A stretch of DNA of 35,432 nt from Octopus sinensis (lineage: Eukaryota): the NCBI RefSeq assembly GCF_006345805.1, contig NW_021828058.1:1-35432 (forward strand), in the 5' to 3' direction. Of the stretch, positions 23,883 to 34,967 are shown piece by piece (position 1 is the first letter of the stretch; each line of letters opens with the position of its first letter). The position numbers and the translations under genes are program-made. The notes below the pieces were generated by a model. It saw nothing but the letters and a program-made list of their open reading frames with translations, was not told where the DNA came from and did not search any database.

Positions 23883-23885
23883 TTC
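23715..23885. repeat. Imperfect (CAT/CGT/CAC)n tract
   Basis: Direct inspection. Confidence 0.9.
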
Positions 23886-24306
23886 AACGCTATTATATTC
23901 ATACTCCTTCTGCTAATCATATTTTCGTATTCACTAATCGTTATAATTTATCATGTCATCATAACTATTTCCTTCCCTCATTTACTCTGCTATTTCTAGC
24001 ATGCAGAATCATCATCACCTTCGTTATGAACATCATAATAATCAACGTCTTCATCACCAATTAATCGGTAGCGTTTGTCATCCTTTTCGATAATAATCAT
24101 CATCATTTTTCCTTCTCACCGTCATTATTACAACATTTACAATCAACATCGCAATCCTCATCCTCCACATCATCAACAACATCATCGCGGCCATTTTCTT
24201 CTTCATCATCCTCTTTTTATTAATATGATTCTAAAGATACAAGATTTAATATTTTATAAGAAATCTTTTTAATACTCTTTCTTTTGAACTGTGTTTTATT
24301 TTTCAG

Positions 24307-24378
24307 ACATCTCAATAGGAATAAGATCACAACCATCCCACAAGGATCCTTTCAAAATCTTCCAAGTTTACAGAAAAT
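24307..24378 (+). CDS. Internal coding exon of a leucine-rich-repeat gene (one 24-aa LRR, phase 2/2)
   Basis: Pyrimidine tract ...tttttcag|, exactly 72 nt, then |gtaagt. Translates HLNRNKITTIPQGSFQNLPSLQK(I), fitting LxxNxIxxIxxxxFxxLxxL. Confidence 0.9.
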
Positions 24379-24807
24379 GTAAGTTGCTTAAGTTTTTTGA
24401 TATTATTTTATTTATGAATTTTTTCTAGGAACTTAATGTCTTCTCATCTTCCTTTTTCTCTCTCTATCTCTAACTAATGTTCTGCTACTATTTTCATGTT
24501 AGAGTGTGTCTATGTGTCTATGTTAGGTGTCTATGAGTGTTTGTGTCTGTATGTCTGCCTAACTGTCTAACATTTTGTGTATGAGTGTACGATTGTACGT
24601 GAATATCTATGTTTGCATTTGTGTCTATAGGTGGGTATATTATGAAATATATATTTATGCAGAGTTATACTCACTTCAAGAGAAGAAAGTATAGAAATAT
24701 ATTCATCCTCACTCTTTTGAGATACTGATTCAATAATATGAGTTATTTTAAACTCTACAATTACATGACCTGTTGAAGTTGGTAGTCGTCATTTTCTATT
24801 TGTACAG

Positions 24808-24937
24808 TGAGCTACAGCTGGGGCAATTTGGTCAAACTGTCCAGTGTGATGGCTGCATATGCCATTTCAATTTCTTTAGGAAGGATGTTAATGCAGCTAG
24901 TCGTCCACAACATAAAACAACGTCTGCTGTGTCCCTC
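24808..24937 (+). CDS. Probable next exon of the LRR gene (atypical Cys-rich cap plus linker)
   Basis: ttttctatttgtacag| acceptor and |gtacgt donor. The phase-2 start matches the previous exon (at+t = Ile). Open frame ELQLGQFGQTVQCDGCICHFNFFRKDVNAASRPQHKTTSAVSL. Confidence 0.5.
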
Positions 24938-25099
24938 GTACGTTTGTGTCTGTGTGTATGTCTGATAATTTTACTTATGTTGATATATTTTTATTATCAT
25001 TTCTATCCTCATTCCCAAATTTTCTTGTTATTGTTTTGCTTGTCCATCTTGTCTGTTTTTTTGCTACTTATATTACTTTTTCTTCATCACTGACTTCTT

Positions 25100-25265
25100 C
25101 GTTGTTATTATTGTTGTTGTTGTCGTTGTTTTTGTTGTTGCTGTTGTTGTTGTTGTTCTTCTTCTTCTCCTTCTTCTTCTTTTTCTTCTTCTTCTTTTTC
25201 TTCTTCTTCTTCTTCTTTTTCTTCTTCTTCTTTTTCTTCTCCTTCTTCACCTTATTCGTACTAAA

Positions 25266-25330
<65 letters not shown>
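25100..25330. repeat. Compound (GTT)n(CTT)n(ATT)n microsatellite
   Basis: Direct inspection. Confidence 0.9.
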
Positions 25331-25597
25331 GTAACGAAATACTTTAAAATCGAACCAAGTGAAACCGAGCTTATTGAGCAGAGTACTTTTTGAAATGTCA
25401 ACTGATGAGAAACATCTGCAAAGAAAGATGCACCGCGGCCAATCGACCATTATCTCATCCGTGAGGGGCCGATTGAAGACGGGTTGAAACGGCAGTAATG
25501 ATTAATGTATCACGTAAAATCCATTTTCCATTTCCGTCATACGTGTGTGTGTGTATTGTGTATGTGTGTGTGTGTGTGTGTTTGTGTGTGCATATTC

Positions 25598-26270
25598 TTA
25601 GGCGTTGGCATGGCTGTGTGATAGGAATTTTGCTTCTGTATTCAGTCCTTCTGCGTGTACTCTGCTCTCCAACAAAACAAACCCGTGTATGTTAATTAAT
25701 TGGGTTCACGGTAACTGAAGGAAACCCGTCGTATATATAAATTTTCTGAACGAGCTATGTTTAATAAAAGTAACTTATATTACCTGAGCAATAATACAAC
25801 TGCCCCAGCCTTTCTGACACTTTTGAAATCCGGCCTGGACGTAGTTTTCCATAGGCGAGTCGAGGACCTCTTGATTTCAACAATGATGTTAAGTTTGCTC
25901 TTGATCTCGACCTCTGAGCTGATTTGTCATCTTGAGGAACGGATGCAAGTCAGCAGGTGGTAAATCACGCGAATAGGGCATGTGCGGATGCGATAGCATG
26001 TTGTTTTTGGCAAGAAACTTACGATTGAGGTGATAGGTGCATTGTTGTCGTGAAGAATTCAATATTTCGCGAATCCAGATCCGGTCATTTTCCCCAAACG
26101 TCCTCCCTGAAAAAGCTCCCAATGCACAATACCGAGGATGGCGGAAAAAATTATGAACATGGTCTTGATTAAGCTGTGATTTATTCGTGCGCCCATACAC
26201 TCGAAACATTACGTACGAACCACTGTCGTACGTAATGTTTCGAGTTGTAAGGTACAGCACGAGTGGAATT
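25598..26270. mobile_element. Deleted SINE head (+, 25598-25738) fused to a mariner remnant (-), same arrangement as 10174-11140
   Basis: Same SINE remnant; minus frame FLAKNNMLSHPHMPYSRDLPPADLHPFLKM. Confidence 0.75.
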
Positions 26271-26271
26271 A

Positions 26272-26970
26272 TATATGAAAGAAGGTTTGAAAATGCAATG
26301 TTAAAATATATTTATTTACTTGACCGGTTTCACTTATTTAGAAAGGATTGTCAAAAGTAACATGTAAACGCTTTGTTGTGTTAGGTACTGGTTGTCACAA
26401 AAAATTACAATACATATATACATTCTTTGATAATAAGGGAAAATCTTGTGAAAATATAAAAGAAATTTGACAAGTTCATTAAAATATTGGGTATAAAAGA
26501 TTACAATACATATATATATATTCTTTGATAATAAAAATAGAATGTTAAGAGCAGGTTACAGAAAGAATTATTTAAAAGTTCACAGGAAAATTGGTATTGT
26601 ATCTGTATATATACACACAGAAAATTATAAGTTAAAAAAAGGTTACATTTTGGTAGTATATAAATGTACAATGAGGGAGCTATGTTTAGCTTGAACTGAC
26701 CTGATTCACCATATTATCGTAAATGCTTTTACGATAATATGGGGAATCAGGTCAGGTCAAACTAAAGATATCTCCCTCATTGTACATTTATATACAACCT
26801 AAATGTTCATATGATTATCAAGGAATGTGTATATGTATTGTAGACAATCAGTACCTAACACAACAAAGCTTTTACATGTTTCTTTTGACAATCTTTTTCT
26901 AAGAAAGTGAAACCGGTCAAGTAAATAAACATCTTTTAAAATTGCATTTTCAAACCTTCATTCATATATA
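26272..26970. repeat. About 700-bp imperfect palindrome centred near 26725, with a hammerhead relic in each arm
   Basis: Outer arms of about 170 bp and an inner hairpin of about 90 bp are reverse complements. The left arm has an extra insert of about 200 bp. GAAACCGGTC appears on opposite strands near 26910 and 26325. Confidence 0.85.
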
Positions 26971-26978
26971 TATATATA

Positions 26979-27427
26979 TTCTTTTATTCTTTTATATGTT
27001 TTAACCCTGAGGCTGTTTCGATGCTCGGGCCCCACCAGTGTAAATACTTTTCGACTGACTGGCCGAGTTTATGGGATTGGCCGGAGTTCGCTACCGCTGC
27101 AGTCTTTTGAGTTTTGTACCCTGATATTGGTTCACTTGCATAGCAAGAGGTCAAGTTGTATCTTGAAACATCTACACCCACTCCTCAGATGTGTTGGCAA
27201 GGCGTTAAAAATCGGTGAGCACTTGAACTCCAAACTATTGCAGTATATTCTCCTAATATTAAATGAGAGACCCCGGGACTTTTGGAACAGTGCAGTGACG
27301 TCCAATTCGAGGTCTGGTATAATTCTGAATTCCAAAGTTTGATACCAGCTTCCTTAGTAACTTCCACACATATCACTACATACCTCTCCGCTCTTCGCTC
27401 CATGGAGTAGAGTCCTAACTCTTTCAT
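26979..27427 (-). mobile_element. 3'-terminal fragment of a CR1-group LINE
   Basis: MKELGLYSMERRAERY and SPIFNALPTHLR match the C-terminus of 5708-8042. The tail is (AAAAGAAT)-like. Confidence 0.75.
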
Positions 27428-27499
27428 ATATATATGTAATTATATAATATACATATGTGTGCGAGTGTGTGTGTGTCTGACTTAGTCTCTATGTTTGTA

Positions 27500-27690
27500 C
27501 TTACTACTTCTTCACAACCTATGTTAGTGCGTTTAATTCCTCGTCAGTTAGCGATTTCGCATAAGCGGCCGACAGGGTAAGTACCAGGGTTTAAAAGAAT
27601 AGTTAGTGATCTCGATTCGTTCGAGTTACATACTTCAAGGTGATTCTCCTGCTGCAAAGCAGTCAACTTACTGAAACAAGTAAAAGAGGA
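27500..27690 (+). mobile_element. Decayed SINE 3' half
   Basis: taagtaccagggtttaaaagaat...gcagtcaacttactgaaacaagtaaaagag resembles 33720-33825. Confidence 0.6.
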
Positions 27691-27702
27691 AAGAATGGTA
27701 TA

Positions 27703-27786
27703 TACGTACATACATACGTACATACATACATACATACATACATACATACATACATACATACATACATACATACATACATACATACA

Positions 27787-27820
<34 letters not shown>

Positions 27821-27880
27821 CATACATACATACATACATACATACATACATACATACATACATACATACATACATACATA
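27703..27880. repeat. (TACA)n microsatellite
   Basis: Direct inspection. Confidence 0.95.
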
Positions 27881-28121
27881 GCTGATGAGGAATAAGCGAA
27901 TGGTTTCAACGACATTCTTTATTCCATATCCCTGCAATTGTGTCTATACATCACACCCGTAGTTCATTGATGAGATGATATGGTTAATATCTTGTGTGAT
28001 CACTGCCATTCATCAAAGGTGGAACATGTGTCTGTGAAATGATTCTATGATCTAACGTAGAACTTATTGAAATACTCACCTAAAAGCATATTTTACACCT
28101 ACAATAGATGGTAAGGATTGA

Positions 28122-28411
28122 ACTGAGACCCCCGTCGGTCATGACTGACCATGGGTTGGCACCTAGAAAGTTACCCTCCCAGGCACAAGTCCGGGCAAGG
28201 TTGTTTATGGAAGACCAGCTGTCGCCCATGCGTATCGGCCTCCCCTCTGTATCTAAGGGAAAGGCAACTGCCGATACGACTTGGAACCTGTGACGTCGCA
28301 ATTCATTTCTACACCTGTCTTGCTCAAGAATACACCACGCAGCCCGGTCCAGGATTCGAACTCACAACCTCACGATTGTAAGCTCCACGCTCTAACCACT
28401 AAGACATGCGC
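28122..28411 (-). mobile_element. tRNA-derived SINE (second family)
   Basis: RC head gcgcatgtcttagtggttagagcg (A box)...gagttcgaatcc (B box), then ttcttgagcaagaca and a body. Confidence 0.8.
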
Positions 28412-29332
28412 TATATATTAATTACATCATCTGAACAATATACAATGGTAGTGTTATAGAATAAAGAATATCGTTTAATTCATTCTCTCTTATTCACCTC
28501 TGTTTAAACACTAAACAGAAAAAGGAAAAAGAAACAATTTTTCCACAATAAAAAACCGAGATACAACAGACATAATTCAAAAATATTTAGTACCAGTCTT
28601 CAACGCGGGTTTCGAAATAGCAAATCCAAATCGCCATACAATACCACCATATAAACACCAGTTGCTGATGTCACATAAATCATTGAAATTTTACATCTGA
28701 TCAGAACCGAACGCTTTAAGACAATCAAACCAACTGGAATGGCTTATGCCCGTCCCCACAGGGAAGCCCATCAGGCAGAACCACAACCTTGCCCACCAGA
28801 AAAATTAGACGTCACCTATAATTCAATGAAGCAAATATCAGATCGGTTCACGGAAAAAATTGTAAATACATCCAATTCCAAAAAACGCCGTTACAAGCAA
28901 AGTCCTTGCACACGACGGAAAATGATTCACAGGGATTGTGCTCAAAGATTTCCTTTTTTCCACTATCTCAGTTTCTCCCTTGTTTTCCTCCTTCTTTACC
29001 CTGTATGGTCAAAACTCTGATGATACACATTTCTTATCGATTTTTTGAATTTTATGCATTCAAACAAGATCTTCCACATCTTATATATTATTGAATGTTA
29101 TGAATATTTAAATCATATTTCATATTACTGAAACTTGTAAACATTGAAACATATTGTTTCTCGTTCATTATTTTAAATTTTTGCCATTAATACATCAAAA
29201 ATATTGTTGAAACTAGTTTGGTATGTATGTAAATAAGGTTATTTAAAACCAATTACAACTTTTTCAAATTGTGGTGCATTGTGAACAACAAATATTCCTA
29301 TAGTTTTGCCCCCTCATATATATATACATACA

Positions 29333-29381
<49 letters not shown>

Positions 29382-29475
29382 CAAGTAAGAAAATGGAGGA
29401 GAACAATAGTTGGTTCATCAACTTTAGGAAATTAAAAATATTTACTTATTTATTTGTTAAACTGATAATTATAAT

Positions 29476-32400
29476 TGTTGTTGGCATCATTTTTGTCTCG
29501 GGAGACAATGGAGTTGCGCATAAAATAATCTAGTCCGGCTTTTACATTTCATATCCTAATACATCTCCTGCTGTGGCTGTGTAGTCCTATCCTGGACAAA
29601 CACTCCCTCCGGCAGGCACCGCAAATGTAGCTAAGATTTTTCCTGAGTGGTTGTAATGTCATAGTTTCTTGTTGACGTCTTTTCTTGTCTTTCCATTTCT
29701 CCTTTCTCTCTATGTCACTCCTTTGTGTTCCCTCTTTTACGGTACGTCGCCAAAGTCCACGGTTGCTGGCAACTGCTTCCCAGTAGCTAATATTGATGTT
29801 GTAGGCTTTCATGTCCCTTTGGTAATCATCCTTGAATCGTAAGAACGGTCTTCCCACAGACCTAGTGCCCCTAGCAAGCTCTCCGTAGAGTATGTCCTTG
29901 GGGATTCTGCCATCTTCCATACGGCTAACATTTCCAAGACATCTCATACGTCTTTGTGTGAGGAGTGCAAACATGCTTGGTATTCCTGCTTGCCTGAGGA
30001 CATCTTTGTTGGGAACATAATTCTGCCATTTGATGCAACGGATTTTCCGGAGGCAGCGCATCTGAAAGATATTTAGGCGACGCTCTTGGCGTGTGTATGT
30101 CGTCCAAGTCTCACTTTCATATAGTAGAGGGCTAAGTACATATGCCTGTTAAATCTTCATTCTTGTGTTCTTGGTCAGCTTATTGTTGTCCCATGCCCGT
30201 TTGGAGAGTTGGGCCATCACAGAAGCTGCCTCGCCAATGCATATATTGAGCTCAGCGTCAAGGGATAGGTTGTAGGTGACGGTAGATCCGAGATAGGTAA
30301 ACTTCTCCCCCTCCTGTAATCTGTAATCTCCAATATATATGTTTGTGATGTCCAATGTAGCCTGACCCATGATGTTGATCTTCTTAAGGCTGATAGCTAA
30401 GCCAAAGTCGTTACATGCTTCTTCTGTGTGTGATACTAGAGCGGCATCATCAGCAAATAGCATCTCCCTGATCAGGACGTTTCTGATTTTAGTCTTGCCA
30501 CGCAGGCGCGAGAGATTGAACAGCTTCCCGTCACTTCTACTCTGCAGAAACACTCCATCATCTGATGTCTGAAAGGCATGTGAGAGCAGCATCGAGAAGG
30601 TGCCAAATATGTAGGAAAAAGGACACAACCTTGCTTTACCCCGTTTTTTATTTGGAAGGCGGCTGATGATCCATTGTGCTGTATGGTGCCTTGCATATCA
30701 TCATGGAAAGATTTGATGATCCTCAGCAGCTTTGGTGGACATCCGATTTTTTGGAGCAGGATGAAGAGGCCCTTCCTACTTACCAAGTCAAAGTCCTTTG
30801 TCAGATCAATGAAGGCCATATATAATGGCATTTCTGCTCTCTGGACTTCTGAAGTTGGCGTATGGAGAATATCATGTCAATAGTTGATCTGCTTCTTCTA
30901 AAGCCACACTGCGATTTCGGATAAATTCGAGAAGTAAGCAGTTGTAGCCTGGACAGGATAACGCGAGCAAAGATCTTTCCAACAGTGTTTAGAAGAGATA
31001 TTCCACGGTAATTGTTACAATCAACACGGTCACCTTTGGTTTGTAAAGAGTAATGATGTTAGCATCCCGCATATCTTGAGGGACTGTACCGTCTTCCCAG
31101 CACAGACACAGAAGCTCTGAGGGTAACCGAAGCAGGATTGTGGTTTTTCCGGCTTTGATGATCTCTGAGAGGATGTCGTCATTTCCCGGAGACTTGCTAC
31201 TTGCTAAGGTGTCAATACCCTTGCTAGGGCGTCTATAGCTCTTCTATAGATGGCGGACTGTCAAGTTCGCACATGACTTGCAAGATCTTGACACTCTCGA
31301 TTGCAGTCTCAGCTACCGTGGTCTCCCGTGAGTAGAGATCCTGGTAGTACTCAACCCATCTATCCATTTGCTTCCTTTGGTCCTTGATGAGATCTCCAGT
31401 AGTTGATTTCAGAGGGGCTGACTAGTTGCGGATGGACCGAGGGCCTTCTTCAAACCAGGTATCGCCACTGTCAGTAGCTGACTGGATACTCTGACAGATT
31501 TTCTGCCAATACCTATTTGCACAGTGTCTGGCTGTCAGTTGGGTTATATTTCTTGCCTTTCTAAGTTCTTCGAGTGATTTTGTAGAAGAATCACTCTTGT
31601 ATTGCATCAGAGCTGCACGCTTTGCTTCGATAACTGTTCCCAGCTGAGAGCCCAGCACTGAACTAATCTGGATTTTGCCTTTCTCTCATGCCGAAAGTAT
31701 CTATTGATGTGGTATACAAAGCTTTCCTGATATAATTCCACCTACTTTCAGCAGAGGAGGTTGGGCAGCTACTGAGGGCAACCTTGATAGAAACAGCAAA
31801 ACATTTTCGCAGTGTAGGGTCCGAGGTTCTGGCAGTGTTAATGCGTGGTCGGCACATTTTCTTGGAGTGATGGACTTTTTTAGGCAGGATCCTCACCCTC
31901 CTTCTAATTAGTGAGTGATCTGTGTGACACAATCTGCGCTGTGGTAACTACGGGTCAGTTGAACAGAATTCAGAAAGGATCTTCGTGCGATGATGAGATT
32001 CAGCTGATGCCAGTGGTGAGATCTTGAATGTCTCCAAGATGCCTTGTGGGATGTCTTGTTGGCGAAGAATGTGTTGGTGATGCACAGGTTTTGGTATGTG
32101 CAAATTTCTAGTAGTCTCTGACCATTGTCATTCATGTTGCCAATATCAGTGTATCCAACACAAATGGGCCACGAATCATGGTCAGATCCAACGCGAGCGT
32201 TAAAATCTCCCAGAAGGTAGATGTTTTCATTTGTTGGTATATTTTAAATGACACAGTTGAGATCTTTGTAGAACTGGTCCTTGGTCTCCTCTGACCCGTA
32301 GAGAGTGGGAGCATAGATGCTCAGTAGAAGGTGAAATCCTGTTCTTTGACTTTCCCGTTTGAGGGGAGTCTTGGCTCCTGCAACCCAGCAATGTCTATGT

Positions 32401-32989
32401 TAAGCCTCTCTAGTTCACGGTCAATGATGGCTGTCTTTCTTGTGTCTTCAACCCTGAGTAGGTCATCAGATATTCCAGGGCACATGGTCCTGACATTCCA
32501 GCTTGCTAACCGCAGGACTGGTGGTTTCTTGTCTTTTAGTTGTTTGCCTGGTGCAGAGGTTGCAGGCCGTTTTTCAAGTGAAACTCTTAGCTCCAAGAAC
32601 CCAATGAAACAGGCGGCCTGTGGCGAGTCAGCAACTTATTAACTGGGAGCTGCCTAGCTTCAGGTAGGCAGTAGCTAACCAATGGGACATGGAGGTCCAC
32701 CCCACCGTCAGAGGTGTCCCGTGGCTTCCATATCTTACGCCAATCTGAATGGACTTATCACTCGTGACTGTTACCTCCCGTGTTATTTCTGCCACTTTTT
32801 ACAGCAGCACTGATGTGTCCTCTCCAGTTTTGCGCAGGCCTGGGCTAGAAATATGAAAATCCTGGTTGCCCAATCGTCAGGATTCCTCTCTCGACCTTGC
32901 TGACATAGTCCAAAGGAGTGCAGAGCATTACGTTTGGCACCAGCTTGGTTGCAGGAGCTGCTGGAAGAGTGTCGAATCGAACACTAGAC
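29476..32989 (-). mobile_element. Near full-length, decayed RTE-clade LINE (5'UTR, APE, RT, 3' tail) with a 10-bp candidate TSD
   Basis: APE LASWNVRTM, IAGLQE and LLGDFNARVG; RT FIDLTKDFD, GVKQGCVL and MLFADDAAL; C-terminal CGACRRECLSRIGLHSH; tail ccattgtctcccgagac...gatgccaacaaca. TAATTATAAT at 29466-29475 and 32990-32999. A deletion lies inside the APE near 32320. Confidence 0.92.
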
Positions 32990-33274
32990 TAATTATAATA
33001 ACATACATAATTATAATAACATACTTACATATAGCATATAAGAAAAGGATACAAGTAATTATTGAACAACATGAATATAAATTAGTAAAATAACTTGCAG
33101 CTGTTTCAGCCCATAGATAAAAGTATCTCATTCTGCCTTTATTAATCAAGTGTATTAGGTAATAGGCAGATGAAAATGAGGAACTTGTATATATCTCCAG
33201 GTTTCCTCAGAGATTATCATGTACAATAATAAATACAAATATGAATTTAAAATAAACAAAATACACACATTTGA

Positions 33275-33307
<33 letters not shown>

Positions 33308-33375
33308 ATTATATATATGTGTGTCTATATATATATATACATACATATATGGTTATACATAATTATATATATATA

Positions 33376-33824
33376 GTGGCTGTGGGGTAAGTAGCTTGTT
33401 TACCAACCACATGGTTCCGGGTCAGTCCCACTGCGTGGCACCTTGGGGAAGTATCTTCTACAATCGCCTCGGGCCGACCAAAACCTTGTGAGTGTATTTG
33501 GTAGATGGAAACTGAAAAAAGCCCGACGTATATATGTATATATATATATATATAATATATATATTATATATATATATAATATATATATATATATGTGTAT
33601 GTGTGTGTGTGTTTGTGTGCGCGTGTGTTTGTATGTCTGCGTTTGTCCCCCAACATCGCTTGACAACCGATACTCGTGTGTTTATGTCCCCTCACTTAGC
33701 GGTTCGGCAAAATAGACCGATCTAATAAGTACTGGGCTTACAAAGAATAAGTCCGGGGTCGAGTTGCTCGATTAAAGGCGGTCCATCGGCATGGCCGCAG
33801 TCAAATGACTGAAACAAGTAACGA

Positions 33825-33825
<1 letters not shown>
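33376..33825 (+). mobile_element. tRNA-derived SINE with an internal (TA)/(TG) microsatellite and a CR1-like 3' tail
   Basis: Head tggctgtggggtaag...ccgggtcagtcccactgcgtggcaccttgg; tail ggcatggccgcagtcaaatgactgaaacaag. Confidence 0.85.
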
Positions 33826-33865
<40 letters not shown>

Positions 33866-34870
33866 GACATACATATATATAAATTGGAAATATTAAATTT
33901 CTAAATGTCTCAAAGAGACATGAGCGGTGGTGGAGCGAAGGAGTGGTTGCATACTGTCAACATAACGTGACTCACCCGTAGGGGAATTACACCACCGCTG
34001 TTTACCCCTCATGTTGTGAGTATACATCCACTCTATATATATAAATATATACTGAAACATACATACACATCTACATCCATAAGTACATATAATACTCAGT
34101 TATTACTAATATTATTATTATTAATATTAGATTAGGTGCATTCTGCTATTTACAACTGATAGTATATGAAAAATAAAATATAGAATATAATATAATATAT
34201 AAAAAGATGTTTATGAAAGATATAAGTATATTAATTTTACAATCAATATCGGTTTATCAATATATCATAGAGTTATTATAGTTATGTCAATATTATTCTT
34301 CATACATATTGGTAACGAACATATTTATATGCATACATACATATACGCACAAATATACATATATACATTTTTTCCCATTTCAATATACCAATATATACAT
34401 ACGTATTATATGTTTTTGAATGTAAGATAATTCGCAGACTAAGAGACAAACGTTATATATGCACTTCGTAAGCGTAACTTAGATAATTTCGAACAAGATC
34501 TTACCAATCTCATTAAAGACATCACATTTAAACCCAGAAAAATAACAATCAAACCCCACCTAACTAAAATTTATATTATTTTCGTGAGTCTTAGAAAATA
34601 CTCTGAAATTCTCTTCAAAGCCGTCAAGACCGGCAACCTTTATAACGTTCTTCTAGATAAATATTTTACATAAAATATTTTATTGTTTCATTTTTTTAAT
34701 TCCCAACCTGTTTTCCTTATCGTTTATAAGTCATAAATTTTCTCAACTCTTCTCTCTCTACACACATCCCTCAGTATATGATAATATACAAAGACCCAGG
34801 CACGCGTACACAACTACTAGATTCTACAGACGCACACCATATACGCGCGTGTGAACTAATACGCACTCAC

Positions 34871-34967
34871 ATAATAATCTCAGGTGAAAGCTACTACTAC
34901 TACTACAACTATCTTCCACTTCACTCGTGGAAGATACCTTTTCTACGTTCTGGTGAGGATTTTCCAT
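34871..34967 (-). CDS. Possible first coding exon of an unidentified minus-strand gene
   Basis: aaaaaATGG context at 34967, frame MENPHQNVEKVSSTSEVEDSCSSSSSFHLRLL, then a strong donor |GTGAGT at 34870. No homology recognised. Confidence 0.25.

Noticed and set aside
25400-25500. CTGATGAG...GAAACGGCAGTA
   Set aside because: Stems I and II do not pair around the core.
27881-27930. CTGATGA followed by a GGAATAA/TTATTCC stem
   Set aside because: GAAA and the cleavage triplet are absent.
28340-28411. tRNA-like sequence with A and B boxes
   Set aside because: It continues into a SINE body and lacks a closed acceptor stem, so it is a SINE head rather than a tRNA gene.
32800-32989. Possible HDV-like ribozyme in the RTE 5'UTR
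   Set aside because: Such ribozymes are known for RTE elements, but I could not assign the P1/P2/P3 double pseudoknot by eye; it needs a descriptor search.
33095-33145. Minus-strand hammerhead relic (GAAACAGCUGC)
   Set aside because: The 5' core and the cleavage triplet are mutated.
33924-33990. 11-bp inverted repeat agcggtggtgg/ccaccaccgct
   Set aside because: Too short and isolated to call an element.
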